From a virus: a stretch of 64,000 nt of DNA. Positions 54,414 to 63,352 of this stretch are shown piece after piece; the stretch's first letter is position 1; the number at the start of each line of letters is the position of its first letter. The stretch lies in the IMG/VR virus record IMGVR_UViG_3300020392_000005. The stretch is one strand, 5' to 3'. Under the pieces are notes generated by a model. That model did no database searches. It saw only the letters and a list, made by a program, of their open reading frames with translations, and was not told the DNA's origin. Made by a program: the position numbers and the translations under genes.

Positions 54414-56975
54414 TTAAACGGTACTATCAAAAGTTGCTGTACCACTACTAAATTTCTTTTGTGTATTACTAAATCTACCTTGAGGCACTAATACCTCAGC
54501 AGGATATGTAATAAATGTCTTCGCAATTGTTGATAAATCGCCATATTGTAATAGTGAACCATCAGCGTTAGTATTCGTACCTATCGCTCTTAATTCTGCT
54601 ACTCTACCCCATACCATACTTGAAGCAGACATTGACCTTTGAAAGTACTTGTCAAAACTTCTTAATCTAGGTCCTGCATATACAGAACCGAAGTTTGTAT
54701 TAAATGTTCTAAAGTTGTAAAAAGGTTTGAACTGAAAACTAAATGCTATGTTTGTTCTTCTCAAAGTCAAGTCTCTAGTATTACTAGCAAAAGGCGAACC
54801 ACCTTGACCTGCTTGTGAACCTTCAGTTATTCCTAATCCTGCGTTTGGTCTTAATGAAGTACCATCATCTATCGTACCTAGTCTTCTACCAAACACCGTA
54901 GCGAATAGTGTATTTAAGATAGAGATAAATGGACTTGCCTCAATACCAGTAACCCTACCAACAACAGGTACTTTAATTCTATTATCTAATCTACTTTCAA
55001 TATTAACTTGTCCTGTAAAGTAGAAACCAGCAGGGTGCATAGTCTTTTTAAAACTATCTCTCCACTCATCAATTGTACGACCTACTTTAATTACATAAGA
55101 AAAGTCCTGATAGTATAAACTATCTTGTATCTTCATTGTTGTTTCTGATAAATGTCCGTCTTCTGAAATATATCTACCTTCAGACGCAGAAACAGCAACA
55201 ACATCAACCGTTGAAACTGATTTATTTGTTTTTGCCATAAGACCAGTTGTTGATGATAAATTACCTGACATTACTTCGTGTCCTATAAAATCACCGGTTA
55301 CATCTTTTAATCTTAATATACCTCTAGCACTATCCCAACTTAAAACAACACCTGAATTACCTGAAGTACCACCAGTAACCGTTTCGCCTGTTGCATAGTT
55401 ACCATTCGCAAGTAATATTATTATTGATTGTGGTATTGAAACCGTAGGAGGTGATGGTGCTTGTTCGTGTTTAGAACCTGCCTCAATTACTTTTATACCG
55501 AGTAGTTTTCCTATCTCATCTCCGTATGCAAATATCTCAGCGTTAACACCAGTTGAACTTGTAACCGTTACCGTAGGTGTTGTACTATAACCAGAACCAC
55601 CATTAATTAATCTGATATCAGTTATATCTCCGATACCATCTTCTAAAACTATTTTATCGCCTGGGTTAATATCATTTTTACTTGTTGCAGTTTCATAAAC
55701 AATATGGTCATAACCACTTCCTGTTTCTCCTGCAATCGCACCATTAACAACAGCAACTTCTGCTATCGCACCAGCGCCATCTGTATTATCATTTGTAAAT
55801 TTTAATTGGTCACCTATTTGATAATTGTTACCAGCCGCATTGATAAAGAAACTATTTACAGGACCTTGTCCTATATCTGATACTTGACATTGTGAACCAC
55901 CACCGCCACCAACTAGAGAAACATTGTCTCCGTTTTTCATTAGTGAACCAGGATTAGATATTGTAAATGAACCAGGTATACCTGTGATAGTTGATTTAAT
56001 AAACAAGTCATCTGTATCTGTAGCAGTACCTTGTATAGTTTCACCTACAGCAAAAGTACCTGTGATACTTTCTTCGTTCAATAAAAATTCAGAAATAAAA
56101 TCAGCACCTATTTGAAAACGAGATATGTTTTCTACAATTGCAGTCGCACCTGAAGTAGTACCTGTAATTTTTCTACCAATTAATAAACCAGTATTACCTA
56201 CAGGATTGATACATCTTAATACTCTATTAAATGTAAACTCTCCATCTGATACTCTTAACATTTGTTCTCTAGGATAAAATGTTTCTGATTTTATACCGAA
56301 CAATAATCTAAAAAATATTTCGTGTCCTTTTGCAGTACCTTTTGTTCTATAAAGTGATTTGATATTTTTAATTAAATTTCTTTTATTAACATCTTCGTGT
56401 AAGTCTTCAGGTATAGTTTTCATAAACTCATTTCTAAATTGATTTAAGAAATGCTGAATAACTTTGTCTGGGTCTCTAAAGTTTAATAAGTCTTGTATGT
56501 TTTGAACTGGATTAGGTTTGTAATTACCTATGACACCTGACGCTTTAGAAGTTTGACCTACGATAGTCTCACCTCTAATAAATTTATCTTGCGAGGTTAT
56601 AATAAAACAACCATCGCCATCTGTCTCTTCTTGTAGTATTACTGCTTCAGCGTTTGATGTTTGACCTTTGATTACTTCGTTTTGAGTAAACGCACCGAAA
56701 GATGAAGTCTCTTGTAGTATCTTACCACCTGCGTCTATTTGAGTTGCTTCTGAACCTAAACGACTTGCGTTTAGAATTAGATTATTAGTTTGACCTGTTT
56801 CTGTTTCAAGTAATATACCTTCTGTACTTTGTGAGTTAATAATCTTTAACTCGGCACTTTCCATAAATGTAAAATATGTTCTAACAAATTCTACAAATTT
56901 AGGATGCTGTTCAAGTACAAATTCAGGTACCTGACTACCTAAAAGGTTAGTAATCTTCTTACTGAACTTTGCCAT
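54414..56975 (-). CDS. Baseplate wedge initiator gp7-like
   Basis: Q.PEFV...P.FV.F...YF.F.E, IK.LYR.KGT, IQDS.YYQDFSYVIK, HPAGF; follows gp6. Confidence 0.85.
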   Translation of the reverse strand: MAKFSKKITNLLGSQVPEFVLEQHPKFVEFVRTYFTFMESAELKIINSQSTEGILLETETGQTNNLILNASRLGSEATQIDAGGKILQETSSFGAFTQNEVIKGQTSNAEAVILQEETDGDGCFIITSQDKFIRGETIVGQTSKASGVIGNYKPNPVQNIQDLLNFRDPDKVIQHFLNQFRNEFMKTIPEDLHEDVNKRNLIKNIKSLYRTKGTAKGHEIFFRLLFGIKSETFYPREQMLRVSDGEFTFNRVLRCINPVGNTGLLIGRKITGTTSGATAIVENISRFQIGADFISEFLLNEESITGTFAVGETIQGTATDTDDLFIKSTITGIPGSFTISNPGSLMKNGDNVSLVGGGGGSQCQVSDIGQGPVNSFFINAAGNNYQIGDQLKFTNDNTDGAGAIAEVAVVNGAIAGETGSGYDHIVYETATSKNDINPGDKIVLEDGIGDITDIRLINGGSGYSTTPTVTVTSSTGVNAEIFAYGDEIGKLLGIKVIEAGSKHEQAPSPPTVSIPQSIIILLANGNYATGETVTGGTSGNSGVVLSWDSARGILRLKDVTGDFIGHEVMSGNLSSTTGLMAKTNKSVSTVDVVAVSASEGRYISEDGHLSETTMKIQDSLYYQDFSYVIKVGRTIDEWRDSFKKTMHPAGFYFTGQVNIESRLDNRIKVPVVGRVTGIEASPFISILNTLFATVFGRRLGTIDDGTSLRPNAGLGITEGSQAGQGGSPFASNTRDLTLRRTNIAFSFQFKPFYNFRTFNTNFGSVYAGPRLRSFDKYFQRSMSASSMVWGRVAELRAIGTNTNADGSLLQYGDLSTIAKTFITYPAEVLVPQGRFSNTQKKFSSGTATFDSTV

Positions 56976-56978
56976 TTA

Positions 56979-58832
56979 TTAATATGCGGATGTAGTAGTG
57001 TAACCAACTCCAGCGTCTGAAGCACCACCTACAAAAGTATCTTTGACAACATTGATTGTAGAGTTTGTAATATCTATTTCTAATATCTGGTCTCTAACTG
57101 GAACAATGTCGTTTGATGATGGTTGAACGGTTAACTCTATTACACTTGAAGCACTCCCTCTAATATTTGATATACTTGTTACCTGTAATGAATTGATTGT
57201 AATGGCACCACTAGAATAATCAATAGTACCTTGCGTTGTATTTGTATAAACTCTAGTTGCACCTGATAGATAATATCTTCTTACATTTCCTTGTCCATCA
57301 TCATCTAAAAATTGTTCAAAGTCAGAACCATTAACTTTAAATCCTGTTGATGTTAAGATACCACCCATAGTAGAGTTGTGTCCCATATGAGGATTGTAAA
57401 GTGCGTTTCTGAAATAGACATTATATTTTAAAGAACTATTTAATGTAGGTGTAAAAGACTTTCTAATTTTTAAAGTAGTTATATTAGATAATAAACTTGT
57501 ATCGCTATCATCTATCAGTTTTACTACTTTTGAATATCTGAATACACTATCAAATTTTTGTAGTGTGTTTGAATTGTATGTGTTTAACGCTGTTATAATA
57601 TCTGATTTCAAAGTCTCACTATCTTTTGTAGTAGCGGCAGCGTCATACTTTGCATTTGTTGTTAATAGAATAGATGTTATTTCTGGGTCTACTATTTGAG
57701 GTGTAACCGAACCAACATTATATTCTTTTAGTTTATCAACTATGTCTGATTTTGTTTGTGTAGTTAATGTAGAACCACTAGTCGCCTTGATTGCGATTTT
57801 GACAACACCATATACAGGTGTCTCATCATCTTCACCGCCCCAAGCGCTAACTGATTGTGCATTAGGATAAACAGACCTTACTTTTGTTTCATAATCAGAA
57901 GTGGTTACTGCTCTGTCCTGTGCTGTATATTGTAGTGGCGCATTAAATCTTATACTCTCTTTACTTTCAGGTTCACTACCACCTTGCGATACACTTTTCG
58001 TTGTTACCGTAATGTTTGAGAAACCTCCGATAGAACCTGCAGGAGTAAAAGAACTTGCACCGTTTGATTGAGATTTATTTGAAACGACATATTCTAATAT
58101 TACAATATTACCTTGTTTAGGTTTTCTACCTAGTATACCATCACCAAAGGTTACTTGAAACTTACCTGTATCTGTTTCATTTAAGAAATAGATATTACTT
58201 TCAGCAGATAGTTTTGTTAAACCTGTAACCTGTGAATAGACACTTGAAGAAGTATCTTGTAAACTTGTTTGTACTTTTACTTTTAATGTAGCAGTATCAG
58301 CGTTTACACTAGGTATAATAAATTTTTGGTCTGGGTCTTGTTCGTCAACCGTATATCTAAAAGTTGTAGGTGTTCCTTCAAATAAAGAAACATTTGAGAA
58401 CTTGTAAACACCATCAACAGGTGATGTTGTTATATCTTCGTTTGTGATATAGTTATAAGTTGTGCCATCAACCGATGTTGTAAAAGTTGTATTCTTATCC
58501 ATCGTCAATGTTGTTCCTGTTGCGTCATTAACATTAATGTCAACTGAAGCAACTGGTGATTTTGCTGATGAAGGTGTATAACCTAACATCTTAGCAAGTG
58601 AAACTACATTTGCTCTTATGTCTGCTGAGTCCAGATACATTTCATTTGCTAACATATTAGCATTGAAACCAAGATAGTGTGTATTGTATGCTAATAAATC
58701 TATTAGAATTGCAAAACCACTACCTTCAAAGTTATAGTCTGAAAATTCTGCTTGTTGCGAAAGAAAGTTTTTTAAATTTACTTTTATTGCGTCAAAATCT
58801 AATTCTGAAATCTCTAATTTTGTGCTTGCCAT
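56979..58832 (-). CDS. Baseplate wedge subunit gp6
   Basis: LDFD.IK.NLK, DYNFEGS, LAYNTHY, FGDG.LG and QDRAVT..DY motifs. Confidence 0.95.
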   Translation of the reverse strand: MASTKLEISELDFDAIKVNLKNFLSQQAEFSDYNFEGSGFAILIDLLAYNTHYLGFNANMLANEMYLDSADIRANVVSLAKMLGYTPSSAKSPVASVDINVNDATGTTLTMDKNTTFTTSVDGTTYNYITNEDITTSPVDGVYKFSNVSLFEGTPTTFRYTVDEQDPDQKFIIPSVNADTATLKVKVQTSLQDTSSSVYSQVTGLTKLSAESNIYFLNETDTGKFQVTFGDGILGRKPKQGNIVILEYVVSNKSQSNGASSFTPAGSIGGFSNITVTTKSVSQGGSEPESKESIRFNAPLQYTAQDRAVTTSDYETKVRSVYPNAQSVSAWGGEDDETPVYGVVKIAIKATSGSTLTTQTKSDIVDKLKEYNVGSVTPQIVDPEITSILLTTNAKYDAAATTKDSETLKSDIITALNTYNSNTLQKFDSVFRYSKVVKLIDDSDTSLLSNITTLKIRKSFTPTLNSSLKYNVYFRNALYNPHMGHNSTMGGILTSTGFKVNGSDFEQFLDDDGQGNVRRYYLSGATRVYTNTTQGTIDYSSGAITINSLQVTSISNIRGSASSVIELTVQPSSNDIVPVRDQILEIDITNSTINVVKDTFVGGASDAGVGYTTTSAY

Positions 58833-58833
58833 A

Positions 58834-59259
58834 TTATCTTAACCTTTGTAAAAATGTCTCTACGACAACTGGTGTTTGTATACCTACAACATAGAAAGAA
58901 ACCTGTAAATGATAGGCATTTCTATCTTCTAAAGGTTCTGCTACAACTGAACTAATCTTTGCTCTAGGTTCAAAGTTAATTAAAACTTCTTGTACCTTTC
59001 TTTCTAAATTCAATGCTGTAAGAGGTGTCATATTTTCAAATAACAATGCTCTTACATCACTACCTATTTCAGGATGAAAAGGTCTCTCATAATGATTTGT
59101 TTGTATTAAATTCTTTACACTTCTTTTGACAGCTTCAACATCTTCTAATTTTGTAATATCACTTGTTGTTTGATTACGCAAAAAGTCAAGGTCTAAATCA
59201 GAATATATCCTGTTTACCCTATCTTTACTTGTTGAAGATTTACTATCATAGTTTGCCAT
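58834..59259 (-). CDS. Baseplate wedge subunit gp25
   Basis: YSDLDL.F, AVKRSVKNL..T..YERPF.P.IG and FEPR motifs. Confidence 0.93.
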   Translation of the reverse strand: MANYDSKSSTSKDRVNRIYSDLDLDFLRNQTTSDITKLEDVEAVKRSVKNLIQTNHYERPFHPEIGSDVRALLFENMTPLTALNLERKVQEVLINFEPRAKISSVVAEPLEDRNAYHLQVSFYVVGIQTPVVVETFLQRLR

Positions 59260-59267
59260 AACACTAA

Positions 59268-59275
59268 TATTTATA
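59268..59275 (-). promoter_or_regulatory. T4-type late promoter TATAAATA
   Basis: Exact motif just upstream of gp25. Confidence 0.75.
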
Positions 59276-59277
59276 CA

Positions 59278-59565
59278 CTAACCAGCAAAGACATTAGGCG
59301 AACCTTCAGCAACACTAGTACAACCCGATATTGCGTCACCAACACGACCACAACCTTTACCATTTATAAAGACCGTTGTACTACCTTGAGCAATCGGAGC
59401 TGCGTGTGCAGGACAAGGTAGACCTGGCAATAGATGTGTAGTATTGTTATCACCTTGTCTACTGATAGCAATACCATTGCAAAATACATCTGGCGAACCT
59501 ACTGCTCTTGCAGGTGTGCTACAATGGGTAACATCTTTATCGCCTATTCTCGTAACCGCCGGCAT
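59278..59565 (-). CDS. PAAR-repeat spike tip protein (gp5.4-like)
   Basis: PAVTRIGD, GSPDVF.NG..I.RQGD, GSTTVFING..GRVGD, GSPNVFAG. Confidence 0.92.
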   Translation of the reverse strand: MPAVTRIGDKDVTHCSTPARAVGSPDVFCNGIAISRQGDNNTTHLLPGLPCPAHAAPIAQGSTTVFINGKGCGRVGDAISGCTSVAEGSPNVFAG

Positions 59566-59753
59566 TCCCTTTTCATTAACTCCTGTAATTTGTCGTTAAA
59601 GGTTTCTATTAACTTATGTTCTTCTTCTGTATGAGGTTCTTCGGGATATTTAGGATTAAATGAAATAACAGCACCTATCTCTTGTGGTATTTCATCAAAG
59701 TTAGTGTAAGTGTAGATACTTCGTCCTACTTTTATCTTAAATACACCTTCCAT
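59544..59753 (-). CDS. Conserved small hypothetical protein next to PAAR
   Basis: Y..F.EIP.....VISF.P..PE.PHTEEEH. Confidence 0.6.
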   Translation of the reverse strand: MEGVFKIKVGRSIYTYTNFDEIPQEIGAVISFNPKYPEEPHTEEEHKLIETFNDKLQELMKRECRRLRE

Positions 59754-59903
59754 TTAACCTTGTCCCCTATAAGCCTTCCAACTTCTCTTCTTTGACTTGT
59801 TCATACTACTAAATTTAACCATTCTCTTCTTTTTTCCCTGACTTGTCTTCTTTGGTTTGCCTCTAGTATATAAATTTACGCCAAATAATCCTTTTCGTGC
59901 CAT
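59754..59903 (-). CDS. 49-aa very basic peptide (not in ORF track)
   Basis: GGAGG RBS; MARKGLFGVNLYTRGKPKKTSQGKKKRMVKFSSMNKSKKRSWKAYRGQG; stop abuts the next ATG. Confidence 0.7.
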   Translation of the reverse strand: MARKGLFGVNLYTRGKPKKTSQGKKKRMVKFSSMNKSKKRSWKAYRGQG

Positions 59904-59938
59904 AAACCTCCATTTGTTATGGATATTTATGAAACTTT

Positions 59939-60139
59939 TTAGAAATTACACTTAAATTGTGTGTAAACACCGCCGTGTTTTAAAGTTTTTTTAATACTTT
60001 CTCTTTGAAACTTGTTGTCAATGGGATTATCTTCCATATTTGGGAAAATTTTGCAATCTGTAAACTTAAAAGAACATCCAGAGAACAAAAATAGTACAAA
60101 TAACCCAAAAAATATTGATTTTTTTGAAAAAATGCTCAT
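59939..60139 (-). CDS. Putative lipoprotein
   Basis: Basic N-terminus, hydrophobic stretch, lipobox-like FSGC. Confidence 0.5.
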   Translation of the reverse strand: MSIFSKKSIFFGLFVLFLFSGCSFKFTDCKIFPNMEDNPIDNKFQRESIKKTLKHGGVYTQFKCNF

Positions 60140-60146
60140 TTTTTGC

Positions 60147-60175
60147 TTGACACCTTTCGTTAATTGTTCTATTAT
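60147..60175 (+). promoter_or_regulatory. Sigma70-type (early) promoter TTGACA-17-TATTAT
   Basis: Exact -35 at 60147-60152, 17-nt spacer, -10 at 60170-60175. Confidence 0.75.
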
Positions 60176-60203
60176 GTATGTATAAACTATGAAAGGACTA
60201 AAA

Positions 60204-60386
60204 ATGAGTACATTTTTTGCGTTTACAACTATTATGAGTGCAATAATGGCAGTAGGTTCTATTGAAGATTGCGGTGGTCATTGTCTAGGACAAGAAAACT
60301 GGACAATGTTTTTCGTAATGTTCGTTATAACTATAATTTCTGCTGTTTTGTGTTTCTATTTTCAAGGAAAAGAAGATAGTCAGTAA
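60204..60386 (+). CDS. Small two-helix membrane protein
   Basis: GAAAGGA RBS then ATG 60204 (MSTFF...); two hydrophobic segments; downstream of the sigma70 promoter. Confidence 0.65.
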   Translation: MSTFFAFTTIMSAIMAVGSIEDCGGHCLGQENWTMFFVMFVITIISAVLCFYFQGKEDSQ

Positions 60387-60570
60387 ATATATTGCTATAA
60401 TCTGGTTATCAGGTTATAACTATTTTGATTTTCAATCAAAAGATATGGTTCTGCTAGGTCAGTTTGACAATTGTAAGGAACCACATCAAATCGCTAAACA
60501 AGAATATCCACAACACAAAGCCTTTTACTGCGTAAGTGAAAGCCATTATGAAAGGTACAATAAGAAATGA
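60376..60570 (+). CDS. Small hypothetical protein (possible ATA start, or ATG at 60445)
   Basis: Open frame IVSKYIAIIWLSG...QFDNCKE...FYCVSE...KK filling the gap; ATGA overlap with the next ORF. Confidence 0.4.
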   Translation: MVSKYIAIIWLSGYNYFDFQSKDMVLLGQFDNCKEPHQIAKQEYPQHKAFYCVSESHYERYNKK

Positions 60571-60656
60571 TTACTTTTTTAATTGTTTACCACGCTGTCG
60601 CTGTAGTCGGTTGTATGGTGTCAGAAAGTCTAGTCTGTTTTCCTGGATTCTTTTGA
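60567..60656 (+). CDS. 29-aa hydrophobic peptide
   Basis: MITFLIVYHAVAVVGCMVSESLVCFPGFF; ATGA coupling. Confidence 0.35.
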   Translation: MITFLIVYHAVAVVGCMVSESLVCFPGFF

Positions 60657-60938
60657 TTTAATATTCATCCACTTTTCTTGTTTTTCTACTTTAACCTCAT
60701 TGAAATCTGGAAAGATTAGGGTGTGTTGTTCATTTTCAGCACGCCCAAACTTAATCTTATCCCAACCTCTTTCGTGCATATAGTATAGAAACATTTTTGT
60801 AATAACTTCTATACCTGCTATCGCACCTGCGAAGTCAAATCTTCCTGTAATTAACCAAGATATTAGAAATGTATCACTAGTGGCAAGAATACGCCAAGTC
60901 AATGTCTTTAACAGACTTCTCTTCTTTTGTGATTGCAT
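60630..60938 (-). CDS. DUF2061-like membrane protein
   Basis: RSLLKTLTWRI.AT..T..I..L.TG....A..I...E...K..LYY.HER.W. Confidence 0.8.
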   Translation of the reverse strand: MQSQKKRSLLKTLTWRILATSDTFLISWLITGRFDFAGAIAGIEVITKMFLYYMHERGWDKIKFGRAENEQHTLIFPDFNEVKVEKQEKWMNIKSKESRKTD

Positions 60939-60941
60939 TGA

Positions 60942-61214
60942 TTATGCCCAAGGTGTATAACCTTGTTCCTTCGCTGTTGGGTCGTCTTCTGAAATAATCT
61001 CATTGACTTCAGGTACATAGTGTTTCATCATACTCTCAACACCTTGTTTCAAAGTCATTTGAGACATTGCACACCCAGCACAACTACCTGCCATAACTAG
61101 ATGTAGTTTGCCGTCTTCAAAAGATTTAAATTCTATCTTACCACCGTGCATTGCAACTGATGGTGCTATCTTATCTTTTAAAACAAATTTTATCTTTTCT
61201 ATTATTTCTTCCAT
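60942..61214 (-). CDS. NifU C-terminal/Nfu-type Fe-S carrier
   Basis: I.P.VA.HGG.I, M.GSCAGC.MS..TLK.GVE......VPEV. Confidence 0.92.
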   Translation of the reverse strand: MEEIIEKIKFVLKDKIAPSVAMHGGKIEFKSFEDGKLHLVMAGSCAGCAMSQMTLKQGVESMMKHYVPEVNEIISEDDPTAKEQGYTPWA

Positions 61215-61996
61215 TACACTAAATTTAGTTTTGCCTCTTGTTCTTTAGTCATAGGTTGTATACCTGGACCTGGTTGTTGTAAAACATAGTTACCACTAAT
61301 ACTTATTCTTTCATAGTCAGCATAGAAAGGTGCTACATAGTGTTGAAGTGTTGCAGGAAAAACATACATCAAACCTCTATAAGGTTCTACCGTAAAGTTA
61401 TTTGCTTGTAAATTTGAAATCTTTTCGCCATATTGAAAACATAATTTACCTGATACCTTTGCATTAGTAGGTGGTACATTTTCAGTAAATATCTTTTCGT
61501 CTATATCACCAAACATTACAAAACTAAAAACACCACTATGGTCGTGTGGTGGATTGAAATCGTATTTGTGTTGAAAGTTAATCCATAACTGGTCTAATCT
61601 TAACACATTAGGTTTATTATCAGGCGATAATGTTCTATTGATATTAGGCCAACCTGAACCATAGTTACCTGAAAGTATATCAAAGAACTCAAATACCTTT
61701 TGAACAATCGCCATATCTGCACGATTACGAACTTCGCCTTTATCATATTTAACAGAAGTGCTTTGTTCAGTAGAACCCATAACACCTGCTAGATTATTTC
61801 TATGGTCGTTGTCTTTAGGTTTTTCTTTTCGTATTCGTTTACCCTCATCAATTAACATCTGTAAAATGTTATCGTCTATTTCTGTTCTATAAACAGGTGG
61901 ACCAAAAGGATATAATACTTCGCCGTTGATTTCTTTGCCGTCTCTATTTCTACCAATCATTTGAGGTAAGACGGTCTTATCTCTCATTTTTGTCAT
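61214..61996 (-). CDS. Putative 2OG-Fe(II) oxygenase
   Basis: W.NFQ...FNPPHDH, FPA.L.H.V.PF, ERISISGN. Confidence 0.82.
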   Translation of the reverse strand: MTKMRDKTVLPQMIGRNRDGKEINGEVLYPFGPPVYRTEIDDNILQMLIDEGKRIRKEKPKDNDHRNNLAGVMGSTEQSTSVKYDKGEVRNRADMAIVQKVFEFFDILSGNYGSGWPNINRTLSPDNKPNVLRLDQLWINFQHKYDFNPPHDHSGVFSFVMFGDIDEKIFTENVPPTNAKVSGKLCFQYGEKISNLQANNFTVEPYRGLMYVFPATLQHYVAPFYADYERISISGNYVLQQPGPGIQPMTKEQEAKLNLV

Positions 61997-62011
61997 AACT
62001 ATTATCTTATA

Positions 62012-62326
62012 CTATTCTATCTCACTTGTCAATATGCCGTATTCTTTTAAAGTCTGAATAAGGAACTTCTTCTCTTCTGTAAGTATCCTATTTTGAGTTT
62101 CTAATATACTAATCTTCTTATCTAAATCACTAGGTCCTCTTTCATCATCAAGTACCATCTGTAATTGTTTCTTCAGTATATCCATCTGAAACTTAAAATC
62201 TTTCTCTAAAGGAACAGGACAACCAGGTGCCATACGCAAATCTATGACATCTTTATTGTACAATTCTTCTTCTTGTCTTTTTCTATCGTAATTCATTATA
62301 CTCCAAAACTTTCTCCACAACCACAA
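62012..62326 (-). CDS. Hypothetical coiled-coil protein
   Basis: ORF downstream of IscA; true start probably MNYDRK. Confidence 0.5.
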   Translation of the reverse strand: MWLWRKFWSIMNYDRKRQEEELYNKDVIDLRMAPGCPVPLEKDFKFQMDILKKQLQMVLDDERGPSDLDKKISILETQNRILTEEKKFLIQTLKEYGILTSEIE

Positions 62327-62619
62327 CTACTTGTTGCGTTAGGATTCTTTAATTCAAGGAAACTACCAAATATCTCTTTCTTATATTCTATCGTCATACC
62401 TGATAGCATTAATAAACTATTCTTATCCACTAATAGACTGAAAGTATCGTAATCTAACTTCTCATCTTCCTCGCCTTGTTTATCATCAAAAGACCAGTCG
62501 TATTTAAAACCTGCACAACCACCACCTTTAACCTCTAGTCTTACAAACTTCTTATTATGTTCCTTTGCAAGATTGATTAAATGTTCCTTCGCTGTATCTG
62601 TAAGATTAATTAAACTCAT
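62296..62619 (-). CDS. iscA: A-type Fe-S cluster carrier (IscA/HesB family)
   Basis: I.LTD.A, RL.VKGGGCAGF.Y, NPNATSSCGCGESF. Confidence 0.95.
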   Translation of the reverse strand: MSLINLTDTAKEHLINLAKEHNKKFVRLEVKGGGCAGFKYDWSFDDKQGEEDEKLDYDTFSLLVDKNSLLMLSGMTIEYKKEIFGSFLELKNPNATSSCGCGESFGV

Positions 62620-62789
62620 ATATCTTTTGTCTCCATACGACCCATTAAAATGTCTATTAATAATTTCTCAAAGTCCTGAAACATATCCCACATATGACTT
62701 TGTTCGTTCATCTGAAAGAATATGGCGATACACAATGCTATTATCGCAAGTGTATTGACCAGGCATAGAATTAGAATTAATTTATTCAT
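62616..62789 (-). CDS. Small membrane protein
   Basis: MNKLILILCLVNTLAIIALCIAIFF; start moved to the ATG after the hairpin. Confidence 0.5.
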   Translation of the reverse strand: MNKLILILCLVNTLAIIALCIAIFFQMNEQSHMWDMFQDFEKLLIDILMGRMETKDI

Positions 62790-62800
62790 ATGATTATTTA

Positions 62801-62818
62801 GGGGAGATTTAACTCCCC
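62801..62818 (-). terminator. GC-rich hairpin GGGGAG-6nt-CTCCCC, possible terminator or processing stem
   Basis: 6-bp perfect stem just after the stop of 62825..63019; no clear U-tract. Confidence 0.4.
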
Positions 62819-62824
62819 CAAATA

Positions 62825-63019
62825 TTACCAATTATCGGTTGACTTGACAACTCTATGACCTAGTACCAATCCTTTATTCTCACCTTCTTTTAAGGTATAA
62901 CCAGATGTACCATTGCCATTTATATCCACTTCTGTACGAGAGGAAGCGAGAGCCTTTTCTTTTCGCTCAATCATCTTCTTCTTTCTATAAGTGGAGAGTA
63001 AATAAGTATGTCTATTCAT
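62825..63019 (-). CDS. 64-aa basic protein downstream of the glutamine riboswitch
   Basis: AGGAGG RBS; MNRHTYLLSTYRKKKMIERKEKALASSRTEVD... Confidence 0.7.
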   Translation of the reverse strand: MNRHTYLLSTYRKKKMIERKEKALASSRTEVDINGNGTSGYTLKEGENKGLVLGHRVVKSTDNW

Positions 63020-63043
63020 AACACCCTCCTATGTTTCAAGTTA

Positions 63044-63096
63044 GGTGCGTTCCTTCAGGCGAGTGCCCTACTTCCGACCATAAATGGTTGAACGAA
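63044..63096 (-). ncRNA. Glutamine riboswitch (glnA RNA motif)
   Basis: CGUUC-A-ACCAU UU AUGGU-C-GGAAGUA-G-GGC ACUC GCC-U-GAAG-GAACGC: P1 CGUUC/GAACG, P2 and P3 hairpins, and the conserved GGAAGUA...GAA E-loop. Confidence 0.85.
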
Positions 63097-63352
63097 TAAA
63101 ACTATTTATAACTTTACGGTTGAATAAGATAAGAACTATTATGGAGAAAGGTATAGCGTACAGGAACTCGTCTATTATATTGTTGCCTATAATTCGTTGT
63201 TGTTCAGAATACTCGGTGATGGTACCGATAATCGCAACATACATAAACGCAAAGAGATAAGATAACCCTACGAGTTTCGCCCCGATTTTTATTAGAGAAT
63301 AAACTCCGAGAAAAAGACGCCCTATACCCCGCCGAAGCCAGTCCAATTCCAT
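63068..63352 (-). CDS. Hypothetical membrane protein
   Basis: 94 aa with two hydrophobic segments; its 3' end overlaps the late promoter and aptamer. Confidence 0.45.
   Translation of the reverse strand: MELDWLRRGIGRLFLGVYSLIKIGAKLVGLSYLFAFMYVAIIGTITEYSEQQRIIGNNIIDEFLYAIPFSIIVLILFNRKVINSFIRSTIYGRK
63103..63110 (-). promoter_or_regulatory. T4-type late promoter TATAAATA directly upstream of the riboswitch
   Basis: Exact motif ending 8 nt before the CGUUC of P1. Confidence 0.7.

Noticed and set aside
292-59634. Numerous plus-strand ORFs of 60-156 aa in the ORF track
   Set aside because: They are antisense shadows of well-supported minus-strand genes, with no RBS or recognisable motifs.
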